Shown here piece by piece: positions 10,829 to 23,834 of a DNA stretch of 64,000 nt. The notes below the pieces were generated by a model. The model was not told the DNA's origin. It was given only the letters and a program-made list of their open reading frames with translations, and searched no databases. Position 1 is the first letter of the stretch. The number at the start of each line of letters is the position of its first letter. The stretch is from Neophaeotheca triangularis (lineage: Eukaryota), in the NCBI GenBank assembly GCA_054600435.1, contig BAAIJX010000002.1, positions 372,001 to 436,000 on the forward strand, written 5' to 3'. A program made the translations under genes and the position numbers.

Positions 10829-13800
10829 ACCTACCTCCGCTCGATCTCAACATATCCACTTCCGGCAACAGCTTCATCATACAGACTGATGCCTTATCGG
10901 TGAGTTGTGCAGTCTGCACACGAGCCAGCTAGCGATAACAGCCATTCGAACCGGTCGCGGGATTGCTACTGCGACAAGAAAGCACCGATGGAGAGGAACT
11001 TATCCAACGACAGTCGACGTGGAATTGTAGTGCTAGGCAGGGCGCGCAGAGGTCATGTTGGGTTTATGCGTTGCGTGCTTGGTGGGTGGACCAGGAGGTG
11101 TGAGTGGAGAGGAGAGCGAAGGAGGGGGGGGGGGGGGGGGGAAGAGGTACGCAATAGCGGCGTTTATGGAAGGAGGAAGGGGTCCGCTACGAATTGCCGG
11201 CTGTGGGCAGGCGGTGCTGTGGTTGTGCGTGGTGCTGATCCTGCTGGTGTCGCTGAAGGTCTTGTCAAAGGTGTACATGGAGGAACGGCGGAGAGGCCAA
11301 GGGCGTCACTCCTTCACTCTGCGAATGTGACCTTACTGAATCCGATCGACCCCTGTACACAACTACCTGCTCCCAGTTTAGCGCACCTTGGCTCCTTAGG
11401 GCGTACCAACGAGTATCTCCGGCCTCATGACGTGAAGCGTAAAGGGCCAATACTCCGAGCGGCGTATAAAATTCTCCAAGCTCCCCGCTCTCACCAGAAA
11501 GCCGAAAAGACCGACGCCTTAGGGCTTGATGCCAGCGCTACGGAGAAATATCATGCCCTCACATCGTGCATGCATTCATTATTCTGCACGCCAGCATCAG
11601 CGCGCGAAGAGCCCTGAGCTTATCAGCCGTCACACCCGTCGGCATGGCGAGCGCGCGACCAGGGAATCGGATTGGTATTTGTACGGCTGCCGAATGCGGT
11701 ATTCGGACAGCGGAGGATTAATGATGCTTTACCTCTTAGGAGAATATCGGGAAGCACATGGCTTATATCTCCGAGTGGAAGGGGTCCTGACTGGCTGTGA
11801 TGGGTAGCAATCGAGTGCGGTTACTCTTTTGCGATCTGTACGTGGATAATAATAAGACTTCTCCATGTAATCGGGCCGTGGGGTGCGACGTGATTCCAGG
11901 TTACTAATGCTGCGGTCTTAATGCCGTGGTGGAGTGACCCATGGCACTACTCCCTGCTGCTGGGCCATAAGTCGCACCCACTTACAGGAGCGCCGTGGTG
12001 CCGTACTGCTGGAGTAGTGCTGGGAAAAATATTAAATCGTATCTGTGGATTACACCGTCTCCAGAGATCTGATCGGAAATATCTCCACACCTCGGGCTGG
12101 AAGGTGTAATGAGAAAACTTGCCCAGTCGGGTATCCTGTGGACCATTACTCGGTCGTGATTAGTCCGGAACTCCCTCACCACTAGTTTAGCAGCCCCTGA
12201 AGAGCCCGTTCGGGCCATCGCGAGTTCTTGGCGGGACGTTTGAAAGGCTTCGACGGTTGCTGCAAGGCCGAATAATCCAAAGTGAGGTGCCGAGACAATT
12301 GACAGAACATTTCCCGAGAATCGTATGCCGATCTTGTGGGCCTGGACACAACGAGGATCACTGGAAACGATACGGTGGAATTAAATCGCGTTTTGCAACA
12401 ATTTCAAAACCCTTGAAACGTTGGTACGCTGTGGCTATTGCCAGCGTGCAGTAAATAGTAACAAAAGACGGCTTGCAGACTCGGTGAGTCAGTAGTGGCT
12501 GCACAGACGCTAGTGAGTGGGGTCAGTCGGGGAATACTTGGGGAACCGTAGCTTTTCTTATAGCACGTTAAGACCAAGCATTGGTGCATGGAGCTCGCGT
12601 GCTGGCATGCCGTTATCGCCTTGGCCTGACTACTGAGTGGGCGAAACGATTTCGGAAGTTCGGAGGTAAAGATGCGTTATGCCCAGGCGGCCAAGGTCAA
12701 GGTGAGCCGCTGGACTGGCTTGGAATGGATAGGACTCGGTGATGCAACAGCACGCAGCCAGCCTAGGAGCGCTCGTCAATGATGTAACGCGGGGACGCAA
12801 GGCGACGACTCGGGTCAATAATAGTAGTAGGCTAGATCACGTCGACGACAGCAGTGGTCAATCTAGGGTTCAAGACCCAGCGCTGAATTAACACGAAGTA
12901 AGGTGGTAGTGAAGAATTGTGTATGACTAAGTCCAGGATCGGCAAGGTGTGGCCTTTGCGCCAGATGCCGCTGTGTTCCGCAACCTTAAACCGACGTTTC
13001 GTTCCAAACTGGGAATCCTGAAGACTTCTTCCTCGTGATGAGTGAGACCTGTTCAGCACGCTAGTAATTCCTCGTCACTGGCTTTTTTTTCCCTCCGGCA
13101 ACAGTGCTTGCCTTTCCGTGTAGCTTGGCTGGGCTACCTTAGTGATCTCTTTCCGCTCAATGCAGGTAGCGGACAACATCGGGCACCACCGCGGCTACGG
13201 CAGTTCTTCATCACCCATCACAATGACTTTACCTTGTCACCAAGGATGAGCAACTCGAGATCGCAGGCGCCTGAAACCAACGTCAAGGACGCCAATCACA
13301 GCATTAACGTTTATTCGTGTCGGATGGCTTGGAAACCTGTCAGAAGAGGAGCAGGAGCAGTGCTGGGCGCTGGCATGCCGTCTGAAACAAATCTAGAAAT
13401 AAGAATGACTCGCTGCTCCCGTCAAAACCGCTAGCGTCCGAATGCTGCTCCATCGTCAAGCGTCCACCTTCTCCAGTGTTCTACACACGCCGAATACCCA
13501 TGGACACACGAGTTATCCGCCATCTCAACCATCATAGTGGAAGAGCATTCGCTTTGCCGCTAGCTAAGTTAATGCACGGCATATCCGGACTAAGCTTCTC
13601 TCTCGGCCACTTCAGCCACTGCCAGACCAGAAGCCTGTACAAGTGGATCGACTGTATTCGTAGAAGGATTTTCCAGATGGCACCTGCACAGCTATCCAGC
13701 AGTCAGGTCGTGTTTCACGAACGGAATCCAGAATACTGGCGCCCTAAAGGCGGGATGCCGCTACTAATTGAACAAGCTAACGTCACATCTTCCAGACGGA

Positions 13801-14318
13801 GTTTCATGCAGATATTGAACCTTAAGCTCTTCACGATACACACCACCCTGTTAGCCTGCCTCTTGGGCTTGAACCGACAATCTCCCTTACCGCTCAGGGC
13901 TTCGGCAGTCTCTCTGCGTTTCCTGAAATGGGAATGCCTCGATGTAGCCAAGCAGCCGGACGACTCCAAAAGCGAACGCTTTGGCCTCGTATATCTTGGT
14001 CTTGCAACATCCTTGAATGTCTTGTATCTCGCGCCTGGAGCGTCGCTGTTAGCTAGAATCTTCCTATACCCCTTCTCTCTCATCTTCCTTCTCTAGCATC
14101 TTTCCTGTCATTCTATATTTCTGCCTTCTTTTCCTAGCTTCTACTTTATATACAATAGCAGATACCTCTGACAGGCACCAAGCTCCGCCGTAAACTATTG
14201 CGCAAACCCCGCAGCTGTTTAGACTTGTCCCACGGAGCTGATCCTTCCACCGAAAAGAAGATTGTGCATCTCTGTCTGTTAGCTTGACGACAACGCCCGG
14301 TGCGCTGCCTGGAGCAGT

Positions 14319-16424
14319 ATGGCTCTCCTCACTCTCGTCGTGGTAGCAGTTGCTGTCGTGGCCTTCGTTATACATAAGCAAGTCGAGCTTGCCCGCAAGA
14401 ATCGCCTACAAGCTGGACTTAAGCGACTTCCTGGACCCAAAGGTATTTCAGCGCGAGGCCCGACGGACCTCAGTCGATCGATAAGTTGACACGAAAAGCC
14501 AATGCTAACAAGACCAGGCCTTCCTCTCATCGGCAACGTACACGAACTGCCTGAAAAGTGCAGCTGGCTGAAGTTCGACGAGTGGGCCAAGGAGCATGGT
14601 CCCATCTACCAGGTCAATCTAGCAGGCCAAAATCATGTCTGGATTTCTCGCGATAAAATTGCGCATGACTTGCTATCGAAGCGTAGTGCCATCTACTCCG
14701 ATCGACCACACATTCCTGCGCTCGAACAAGACAACCGTACGAGCGGCCAGTACCTACCGCTTATGAGCAAGAACGGTGAGAAGCACACCTATCACGACCC
14801 ATCTTGCTCTTTGCTAACGATAGCAGCCCTCTGGACTAGGCAAAGAAAGTTTGCCAAGCAGATCATGGATAAATCCCAGTCGGAAGACTTCTACAACTAC
14901 CCCGAACTTGAATCTATACGATTGTTGTTTGAGCTGATGACCGATACGTCTCGATACAACGTTGCTCTTGAGTCATTCGTCGCAAGAGTAACCTGCCGAC
15001 TAGCTTGGGGCACATCAACGCCGGCGGACGAGCTGAAGCAACGAGCACGCGAGCTCTTGATAGGCGTTTCTCCTACAGGAGCGCTTGGCAACAAACTCCC
15101 TTTCCTCATGTCTCTCCCAGAGAAAATCTTTGCACCCAAGGCATGGGAAGCCAGACGGTCCAGGACCGAGCACAAGTTTTTCGAGAGCATGCAAGAGGAA
15201 GTCTCCGCTAGCCTCGAAGCCGCGAAGAACGGTGCAAACACATCCGCTCCTGCGCTCCCTCCCCCACCCCCGAAGCAAAGTTGGATGCGAACTTTCATCG
15301 AGAACAAGAAAGCTTGGGGCTTTGCTTCTGACTACGAAGGTGCTACTGCTGTGGGAATGCACGGCATCGCTGGCGCACTTACCATCGCTGCTCCAATGCA
15401 AAGCTTTTGTTTGGCACTATGCCATCACCCTCAATACCAGCCGATGCTGCACGAGGAAATTGATAGAGTCCTTGGTGATCGCATGCCCCGCTTTACGGAC
15501 ATGCCTGAGATGCCTGTCCTTCGAGCTTTCATCCGCGAGACCTTGCGCTGGCGCCCGCCAGTACCAACTGGCATTCCTCACCAACTGACCAAGGACGATG
15601 TCTACGAGGGCTACCACATTCCTGCGGGCTCTGTCATGCATCCGCTCGAGTGGTCGATCTCGCGCGATCCAGAAGTTTTCATCGACCCCGATACGTGGAA
15701 CCCCATGCGTTGGCTGGATGAGAAGTACCCGACCTTCCAGGCACCGCTTGCCAAATTCCCAACGATAACATCATACTCACAGTTCGGGTACGGGCGACGC
15801 ACCTGCCAAGGCATGGGCGTGACAGAGGCGGACCTCTTCGTAGGAATAGGCAGCGTCGCTTGGCTCTTCTCCATCCACAAAGAGGGCGAGAACACTCCAG
15901 AGATGAGACAAGCGCCAGTTCAACCTGTCAACAAATACACTGCCGAAGTTGAGAAGCAGACCTCACATGTCACCACCGCCCAAGGCATCCCCACCCCGCC
16001 ATCAGAGGAGTCCCTCGAAAAGCGTTTAAATAGCAAACTGACCATGCACCGCAATGACTCCGCCATCAGCATGTCGGAAAATCAACGCCGCTCAGCCTCT
16101 CCACCCTCGGACGCCAGCAGTAAGCGGACATCCACGATTTCCAGCACGACATCAGCTCCTTCATCCTCCCCGGCCACTTCGCCATCAACGCCACTCTCCG
16201 GAAAACCCGAAGACGACCCCACGCTCGACTTCTCCGCCCTCTTGATCGCGAAACCCAAACCCTTCAAGTTCGACATGCGGATCCGGAACCAGGACCGCGC
16301 CGACAAGGTCGCGAGGCAGTGGCTAGACCTCAAGATGGAGGGCGAGTTCGAGGACTCGAGGTGCTATTGGAAGGGCGGGAACCATGGCGATGCGGATCAC
16401 GGTTGGAATCCGGTGTGGGCGTAG
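14319..16424 (+). CDS. Cytochrome P450 monooxygenase, family not assigned
   Basis: ATG 14319 starts a hydrophobic anchor (MALLTLVVVAVAVVAFVI), followed by PGPKGLPLIGN across intron 14443-14517 and a second intron at 14776-14826. Motifs: ExxR (RETLRWRP), PxRW (WNPMRW), heme-binding FGYGRRTCQG. Confidence 0.95.
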
Positions 16425-17446
16425 ATGGGATGGTGTCTCTATCACTCGGCATTCCTTTCCCTTGTCTCCTCTCATTGCGCTAATAGCGAGCGGCGTTGTC
16501 TGGTTTCGTGACTGCGGACGCATTAGAATATCCAAAGTTGCGGTGGCGTCGGCTTATCATGGTGATGGGAAATGAGCGACGGTTCCCTCTTAGCGATACT
16601 TATAGTACAATCGCAATTTTTCGATCAACCTCATCCCCCAAAGCCAGCAAAGATACTCCAGATACAAATGTGCTTAAGCACGTTCGAGAAGTGCCTTGCG
16701 TATGATTTCACCAGTTACCTCCTACCTGCCTGACGATAGAGGTATATGCCCATTCTTTTTGCATCTCTCTTTCTTAACATCTTCAGTTGAAGGTGCCGGG
16801 ATTTTAACTTTGTAATTTTCTATCACGTTATCGCGACAGCACCCTGATGTCGACAAGCTTTAACCTCGCCGACTTCTCCTGTGAAGTGGGTCCATAGCGC
16901 AACCGAACAACCGAAGGTACTGCTACAAATACCTGCATCGATAATGTCTTGACCGCAAGAGCGCTTCAAGGGAAGGAGCTGGGCAATAGCCCTATATAGC
17001 AACGAAAACTGTATTACCATCATCGTCTCTCTTCGATCAGTCTCTTTTGCCAATCTTGTCGAGCAGTAAGACCATGTTAGCGTATAGGAATCTCTAAGGG
17101 TTAGCACCTCGAAGACTTCCAAGAGGCAATACCTCTTTCAAAATCATCATCATTAGCATTGCTTCGCCGCATTGGTCGCAGGCTCGACAGTACTCTCTTT
17201 GGTTCCTAGAGCGAGCATGTATCTTGCTTGGGATGCAACCGATAGAATGCCCTTCTTCCCAGGCGGAGCCTAGAGAGCTGTTAAGAGCTTCCAACTGATC
17301 GGCAACAACCTTGTCCTGTCTGCAGTAGTATGATCCTCAACAGTACGTCGTATTTCAATCTCTCTTCTCGTCTGTTCCTCTCCTATTCTCACTCCAACAG
17401 AAGCCAAAGTCTGCTATCTCAATATCCGCAAACCTTCGCAGCAAAG

Positions 17447-19052
17447 ATGAAACCTCAAGCGCTGCTGCTCCTCGCCGCCGCTCTTGGCTCGACTGCAGGC
17501 TCCCTACCTCGTGAAGAGGACGAAGCGGCGGACGCCGTGGCATATCTTACCGCCGAGATCCAGGCGAGAGCGCTGAAGAAGGTCGGCGAGCAGGCTACCA
17601 GTCTACGCGCTCGCGGACTAGAACCGACGTGCACGCCCGAAAAGCTGCATTTTCGCAAGGAATAGTAGGTATTCACTGTAAAGACCTATGGAATCTAGTC
17701 GCTCGTCGGATATACTTGCAGTGGACGTCCCGCTGATAGCAACACAGTGGCAGGCTTTCCTATGAAGAGAAGCTGGATTACATCCAGGCCGTGCAATGCC
17801 TGCAGGAATTGCCCGCGCGCACCCCGTCCAGCTTTGCTTCTGGTGCCAAATCACGTGTAGGTCAGGTCTGATTCGAGGCAGCCCGGCGAATGACTACGTG
17901 CTAAGGGTCACTGTAGTTCGACGACTTTGTAGTCACCCACATCAACCAGACGCTGTTCTTGCACTACACCGGCAGCTTCCCGCCATGGCACAGGTGGTTC
18001 GTATTTCAGTATGAAAAGGCGCTGCGTGAAGAGTGCGGCTACCAGGGCTATCAGCCGGTACGACATCCTCTATCAATATTCCTCATCCTCATCTATTTAA
18101 ACACCATATGTCCTTCTAACTCCAACAGTACTGGGATTGGCCCAAATACGCCTCAGCGCCGCAGGACTCACCCCTCTTCGACGGCAGCCCCACGAGCTTG
18201 GGAGGCAACGGCGAGTACATCCCCCACAACGGACCCATCATCACTCCGCCTGATGGAGTCGGGGGCGACAACATCCAGCTTCCACCAGGCGTAGGCGGCG
18301 GCAATGTGACGAGCGGCCCCTTCGCCAACATGAGTGTCAACCTGGGGCCATTCGGTGGCACCCTAACGACGGAGCCGGGTCCCGATGACGGTCTGGGCTA
18401 CAATCCTCGTCGTCTCAAGAGAGATTTAGGACCCGCTATGAACATGCGATATGCCAATTACTCCACTGTCTTGAGTACGCCGGACACTTAACCTGTGATG
18501 GTTGGTCGTGCTGGAACGTTCGTTGCTAAAACCTCTCGCCAGGATTATTGACCACGCCTGACGTGACGTCGTACCGTTTGCTTTCAGAAGGCGTTCAGTA
18601 TACTGTAGAAATCGGCCCGCATGGGGGCATACACTACTGTATTAGGTAGGAAATACGAATGACGGCCTTGACAACATTTCAGCAAGACTCACTAAGTCCC
18701 AGCGGCGACCCGGGCGGCGACCTCTTCGCATCGCCCGGCGACCCAGCCTTCTACGTCCACCACGGCATGATGGACCGCATGTGGACGTTCTGGTGTGCTT
18801 CCTCTCCTTTGTGAATGGGATTGATCCCGAAGAAACTGACAAACCGCCAGGCAACTGCTCGATCCCTGCACACGCTACACGGAGGAATCAATGAACGGCG
18901 GGCCCTACGGCCACGTGACATGGGCCAACGAGCCGCCGTCGAGGAAAGCCCGGTTCGACGACTTGCTCGACTTGGGGTATGCCGGTGAGTCGGCGACGAT
19001 TGGGGAGGTGATGGATACGTTGTCGGGGCCGTTCTGTTATCTTTACTTATGA
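17447..19052 (+). CDS. Secreted tyrosinase-like di-copper-centre protein
   Basis: Signal peptide MKPQALLLLAAALGSTAG and about 6 GT-AG introns (first 17665-17747). CuA: THINQTLFLHYTGSFPPWHR. It also has GYQGYQPYWDW. CuB: GPHGGIHY...SPGDPAFYVHHGMMDRMW. It ends GPFCYLYL*. Confidence 0.9.
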
Positions 19053-19412
19053 GGGTGTTTGAGAAGGGTGATTGCACCGTCTGCGATGAGTAAGTAAGGT
19101 ATGAGAATGTGTGGAAGGCTGGCAAAGTGGCGACAGTAGAATGCGGAATGCAACGACCTTCTATAGGACTATTCCATCTCCTACCCGTCGGTACTGTTCC
19201 AGCCTCTCGGCTTTGTCATGCCTTCTCACCCTCTAGCAATTATTGTAAGCATTCCTACCAACGCAAAGTGTGGCTAGGTAGCTCACAAAACGTGAGACCA
19301 ATCAGAATATCCACCGTAAGGTACAGGCTAGCTCATACTGTACAAAACGCACCACAAACGACCGCCTTGTGAATCAACAGCCCCATCTCCCCCACTAGCA
19401 AGTCCCCCTACC

Positions 19413-22400
19413 TCACCTAGCCCGACTCCACATCGAGCGCCGCCCCTTCGTCTTCTTCTTCTTAGGCGCTTTCTTCTTGGGCGCCTCTGCCGCATCTTCA
19501 CCGTCGACTCCCTTGCCCGCATCTTCCTTGCCACCTTCGCCAGCCGCATCAGCCTCCCCGGGGCCTTCACCTGCCAATTCCGTAAGCGTGACATCGTCGA
19601 TGTCGGACAGTTCCTCGGACATGTCCCGCAGCACTGCTCGACCCGTGTAGCGCTCTTCGTGCACAGTTGTGCCCATGATGTCAAAGGGCTCGAGGTAGCG
19701 GGGGATGCCTCCCTCGCCTAGAATGTCGTGGTGACTGTCTGGTAGAGGGGCGGCATTGGCATGGACGTTCGGATTTGCCGAGGGAGAGGTGGAAGTGGGT
19801 GGTGAGAGCGGCGCTGTGGGGTTCTTGCAGGGTTTTGTAGTCTGCGTCTTTGTCTCGTGAGAGTGCGATGACGAGGCGCAGCTATGGGCGTCGGAGGCTT
19901 TGCGCTGCGTCATACTGTTGCTGACGTTGATGACGTCCTTGTCGTCTTCGGCGGTTTCATTATTGGTTTCATTATTGGTTTCTACGCCACTCATCACGAC
20001 GTCCTCACCTTGCTGCGGAGAATGCTGGTCTGCGCCTGCTGTGGCCGAAATTGCGGATGCCGGGGATTGTTGCTTCTCTCCACGACTGTCATTGACATCG
20101 CCATCGATCATGCTGATGTCGCCGGATTTGGGTCCATCGCCGGCGAAAATCATCAGGCGATCGAGGCGCTGCATCTCTTCATTGAGCTCTCTACCTCTGA
20201 GATCCGCCTCTTTCCGCATCGCGTCCTCCAAGGGCTCCTTGACGGCCTTGACAATGCGCTTGGCAAGGCGCTTGAGATCCTTCTGCTCTTGAGTGAGGGC
20301 CATGTGCTCAGCGGTACCAGGCTTGACCTCCATCAGCTGGTCATGTATAGCGGTGATATCGGCATCTGCGGCATCTTCGTTGTTGATGTTGTCGTGCTCG
20401 GCAAGGACCGTTGCGAAAACCTGGGTGAGGTCGCGGGAAAAGTCCGAGACAGACGTGTAATAGCGCTCGCGAAGTCGGAAAGCTAGAGTCTCAAAGCCCT
20501 TTGAGAAGACCCTGGATTTTTCGTCGAGTCTAGATATGGGGTTAGCATTGACGCGCGGCGTTTCGCGTAGCTGTATTCATGAACTTACTTCAAGGCACGC
20601 TGCAGTATTGGCTTCAGCAACGGCGTGATCGGGAAGTAAATTGTATCGACAAGCTCCTGTAGCAGCTCAAGTTCCTGCAGTCGGAGGATCTCGCGCTGCT
20701 TCGTCAAAGCAGTGACTTCAGTCACGGGTCCCATGTTACTTTGCAGCAGCTCGGCAAACTCGATGCGCCTCTGCAATCTCGGTCTACCGGCAGCGCCCAT
20801 GCCTGCGAAGTTCCTCCTCGTAATCTCCATGCTTGAGAAACTCTCGAGCTGAAGCTGGAGCCGCTTGAGTAAAGCTGCGCCGCGCCTCGCTTCTCGTTTC
20901 AGAGTCCAGTATCGGCAAGCTTTCTCGACGAACTCTTTCCGCTTGCGGATGTTGAAGCGTGCCATGCTCAGCTCAACGGTGTTATACACCACAGCAGGTA
21001 CCACAGGTGCTCCAGAAGGTAGTCGCCAGCTCAGCTTCTGTGGCATCGCGCGTTTCCGTCGCTGGCTGGAAACAGCAATAGTATCTTCCATGCCTAGTAC
21101 CTCGCCACTCATACCCCCATCTGGTGGCGGAGGCGCTCCGAGGTCGAGGGCGGTGGATTGGCTGTCTGCCCATTTGCGGTCTTTCATTGCGTGCCTGTAC
21201 CATTGCTTCGCATCGAGGATAGCTTGATCGGTGTCGTGGGTACGGCGCCATTCCGGAGGCACGTGCTTGTCGCAAAAGGCCTTCAGAGCAGAGGCATCGA
21301 TGCCACCCTGGTGTTGAGACTTCATTTTGAGGAAGAGCTTGGCTTTCCTGGCACAAGTGACGTGGAAGGCAAGATAGCAATTCTTGTTCCCGCACTGGAT
21401 ACAAGCTCCCATCTTCTGATTACAGATGTAGCACTGGAGCTTCCATCTGCTTTTGGGGACCTTTTCCACGTCAGTGATGGGCTCCATGAAGGTCATGTTG
21501 CCGATGGTGACTTCTGGAATCCAGATGGAGCATAGTAAATGGGACCAGCGGAGAGTGCTCGTTTGTTTGAAAGCACCATCCACATTTGGACAAAAGATAC
21601 ATGTCGGAGTGCCGCGTCCTATCTCTTTGCACTTTCGACAAAACCATTGTCCTTCAGGGATGAACGGTACACCATAGCACTCTTGGTGGACAGCCAAGTC
21701 GCAGCCGTCGCAGAAGATGATGGCATTGGCGTTCTCGCAGTCTCCGTCGTCGCAGATCGAACATTTACTATCTGGCTCGTCTCCCGGCGGATTCGGATCG
21801 CCATTCACGGCGGCCTGCGAACTCGAGCGCGGTCTATGCGTCTGAGCGTGCCGGGGCTGTGGCTTCGGTATCCTCTTCTCCAATGCATGGTACTCTTTCT
21901 CGATTTGCGTCATAGTGATCTCGAATATGGCGGGTTTTATAGCATCGACTCCCTCCTGTTTCCGTGACTCGTTGAGCATATTTAGCCATTCCTCGTCTTG
22001 CTCGTCCATGTCGTATTCCACGCGGCTGACGGCAGGGGTCGGGACAACTTCCATCAGACCATCACTCTCCAATCGCAGGCCCAAATCCGCTTCATCCTCG
22101 ATCTGTTGCCCTTCCGTCAAGCGAACGAGAGCTTTCGATGGGAGCTCGAACCTATCAGACTCCTGATAGCCAACATTAGCCATAGTTCGGTCGACGTAAT
22201 TGACTTTATTTTCCTTAAGATCTTCCTCAAACTGCAAGAAGTGACTGAACAGCCGAAAGGACGGTTTTGGTAGGTTCAGGCGCTCTTTCGGATTGTGCGT
22301 CGGTAGTGGAAGAATCTTGGGCGTTGGTGGTGATCCAAGACCGGTGAGCATCGATTCGGGCCTGCGCGGTGGCCTTCCAGGTTTCCTTTTTGGCGTGATG

Positions 22401-23062
22401 ACAGCAGGAAGCGGAGCTGCTTCTATAGCCTCTTCCACTTCGGCTGGAGCATCCGCCATGTCCACATCGCCGCTGGTCTTCCCGTTGTCACTACCAGGGC
22501 TGCTAGGCCTGAGCTGCACATCGGGTTTCTTGTAATCCGGCTGCGGTTTGCGTCCATCCACCTCATCTGCAGTGAAGATCAACAGTGGCGCACTGAGATT
22601 AAGCTCTTTGTGAAATTCATCCCATGTCCTCTCCTCCCTCGGCTTGTAGCCCTCACTGGTCTGGCTGGCGGCAGCCGCAGCCGCAGCACTACTGTAGCGC
22701 GGGCGCGGCGTGCTCACTTGCGGCGCATATCGTGCTGGTCGCTCTCTTGTCTCTCGCCTGGGCCTAGACTGCAGAGCCGACCTTGCTGCCGTAGGCGTGT
22801 CGCCAACATCTTCACCTGCGCCCATACTCGTCCTCCTCGGTCTACGTGGCGCGGTTCTGGGAACCTGCACCCCGGGATATTCCCCCCTTACGACCTCGTT
22901 GCCTTCGCTATCCAACCATCGGCCCCCTCCTCCAGGTCCGCCTGGGATGTATTTGCGCTTCTTGTTCGGAGGCTCGGTAGCGGCTTCAATGCTAGGCTGG
23001 GGGCGCAAAGGTCTGCCTGGAGTGCGCGTCGGTCGGCGTGGCGAAGCTGCCAGGCCTGCCAT
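19413..23062 (-). CDS. NTO1: NuA3 histone acetyltransferase complex subunit (EPL1 + PHD-zinc knuckle-PHD)
   Basis: Exons 23062-20589 and 20529-19413, with intron 20530-20588 (GTAAGT...GCTAAC...TAG). Motifs: VEYDMDEQD, CSICDDGDCENANAIIFCDGCDLAVHQECYGVPFIPEGQWFCRKC, YWTLKREARRGAALLKRLQ. Confidence 0.93.
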
Positions 23063-23834
23063 GTTCGAGTGTGCTGTGAGCGCGTTGAAAGCTGCTCGGG
23101 CTTGCACGTGCTAGTGAGGTGTAGTTGTCTTGGCGTGTTGAGTGCTTGCTGCGTATTCCACCACCACTAGGCTTCCTTTGTGAGGCAGCGCATGGCGTTT
23201 GAACGGTCGCGGGGCTTAACGTACGTGATTGTGACAATGAACGAGGGCTTATGATTGACGCAAAAGGGTAGATGTGAATAGGGAGGTGGCAGGTGAGGTT
23301 GGAGGGCTCGAAGTGCTGGCTTGCAGGCGCGGTCGACGCGCGTGGGCCTTCCCCGCCAAAAGGGGCAATCTAGCCGAAGATCTGCCCTGCACCTCGATTC
23401 AGGGCAAGCTGCGCCATCAGCCCGCCGCTTCCAACTGTCCGCTCCCGCCAACAATAATTATGACAATACTAGTAATGCCCTTATCTTATGCTATGGTATT
23501 TGGGCCGTTCAATGTTTACCTTATTACTTGCATTTCAATTCATTCATCAGCTCGACTTGTGAAACGCCAGTTAGCTACGGACACGTCCACCGCTCCAGGC
23601 GCTCTCGTCTCGGGAAAAGCCAGAGACATTGATTGGTCTCTCCATGGTCTAGGTCTCATGTTTTGATTGAAATCGCAATCTGATATGCGAGCGTAGATCA
23701 CTGATGCTGAGTCTGGCGTTTTGCCGCTCTCTTACCTACCACCGCAAAGTCTATTTGCGCGCCAATAGTAGAAACCCCTCACGGTCGCTGTTATGCAGCG
23801 CGACTCAACTCTTTCCCAGCACATTATCATTACC

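Noticed and set aside
10578..10932. Low-complexity ORFs (poly-V/L/F, poly-K/T)
   Set aside because: These are translations of the A-tract and (CAA)n microsatellite.
13042..14096. ORFs of 120-206 aa upstream of the P450
   Set aside because: Mostly non-ATG starts, no motifs and non-coding-like composition. Treated as promoter or intergenic DNA.
9400..19100. Dikaritin/RiPP cluster around the P450 and tyrosinase-like genes
   Set aside because: No DUF3328 oxidase and no signal-peptide, KR-repeat precursor ORF could be found in the window.
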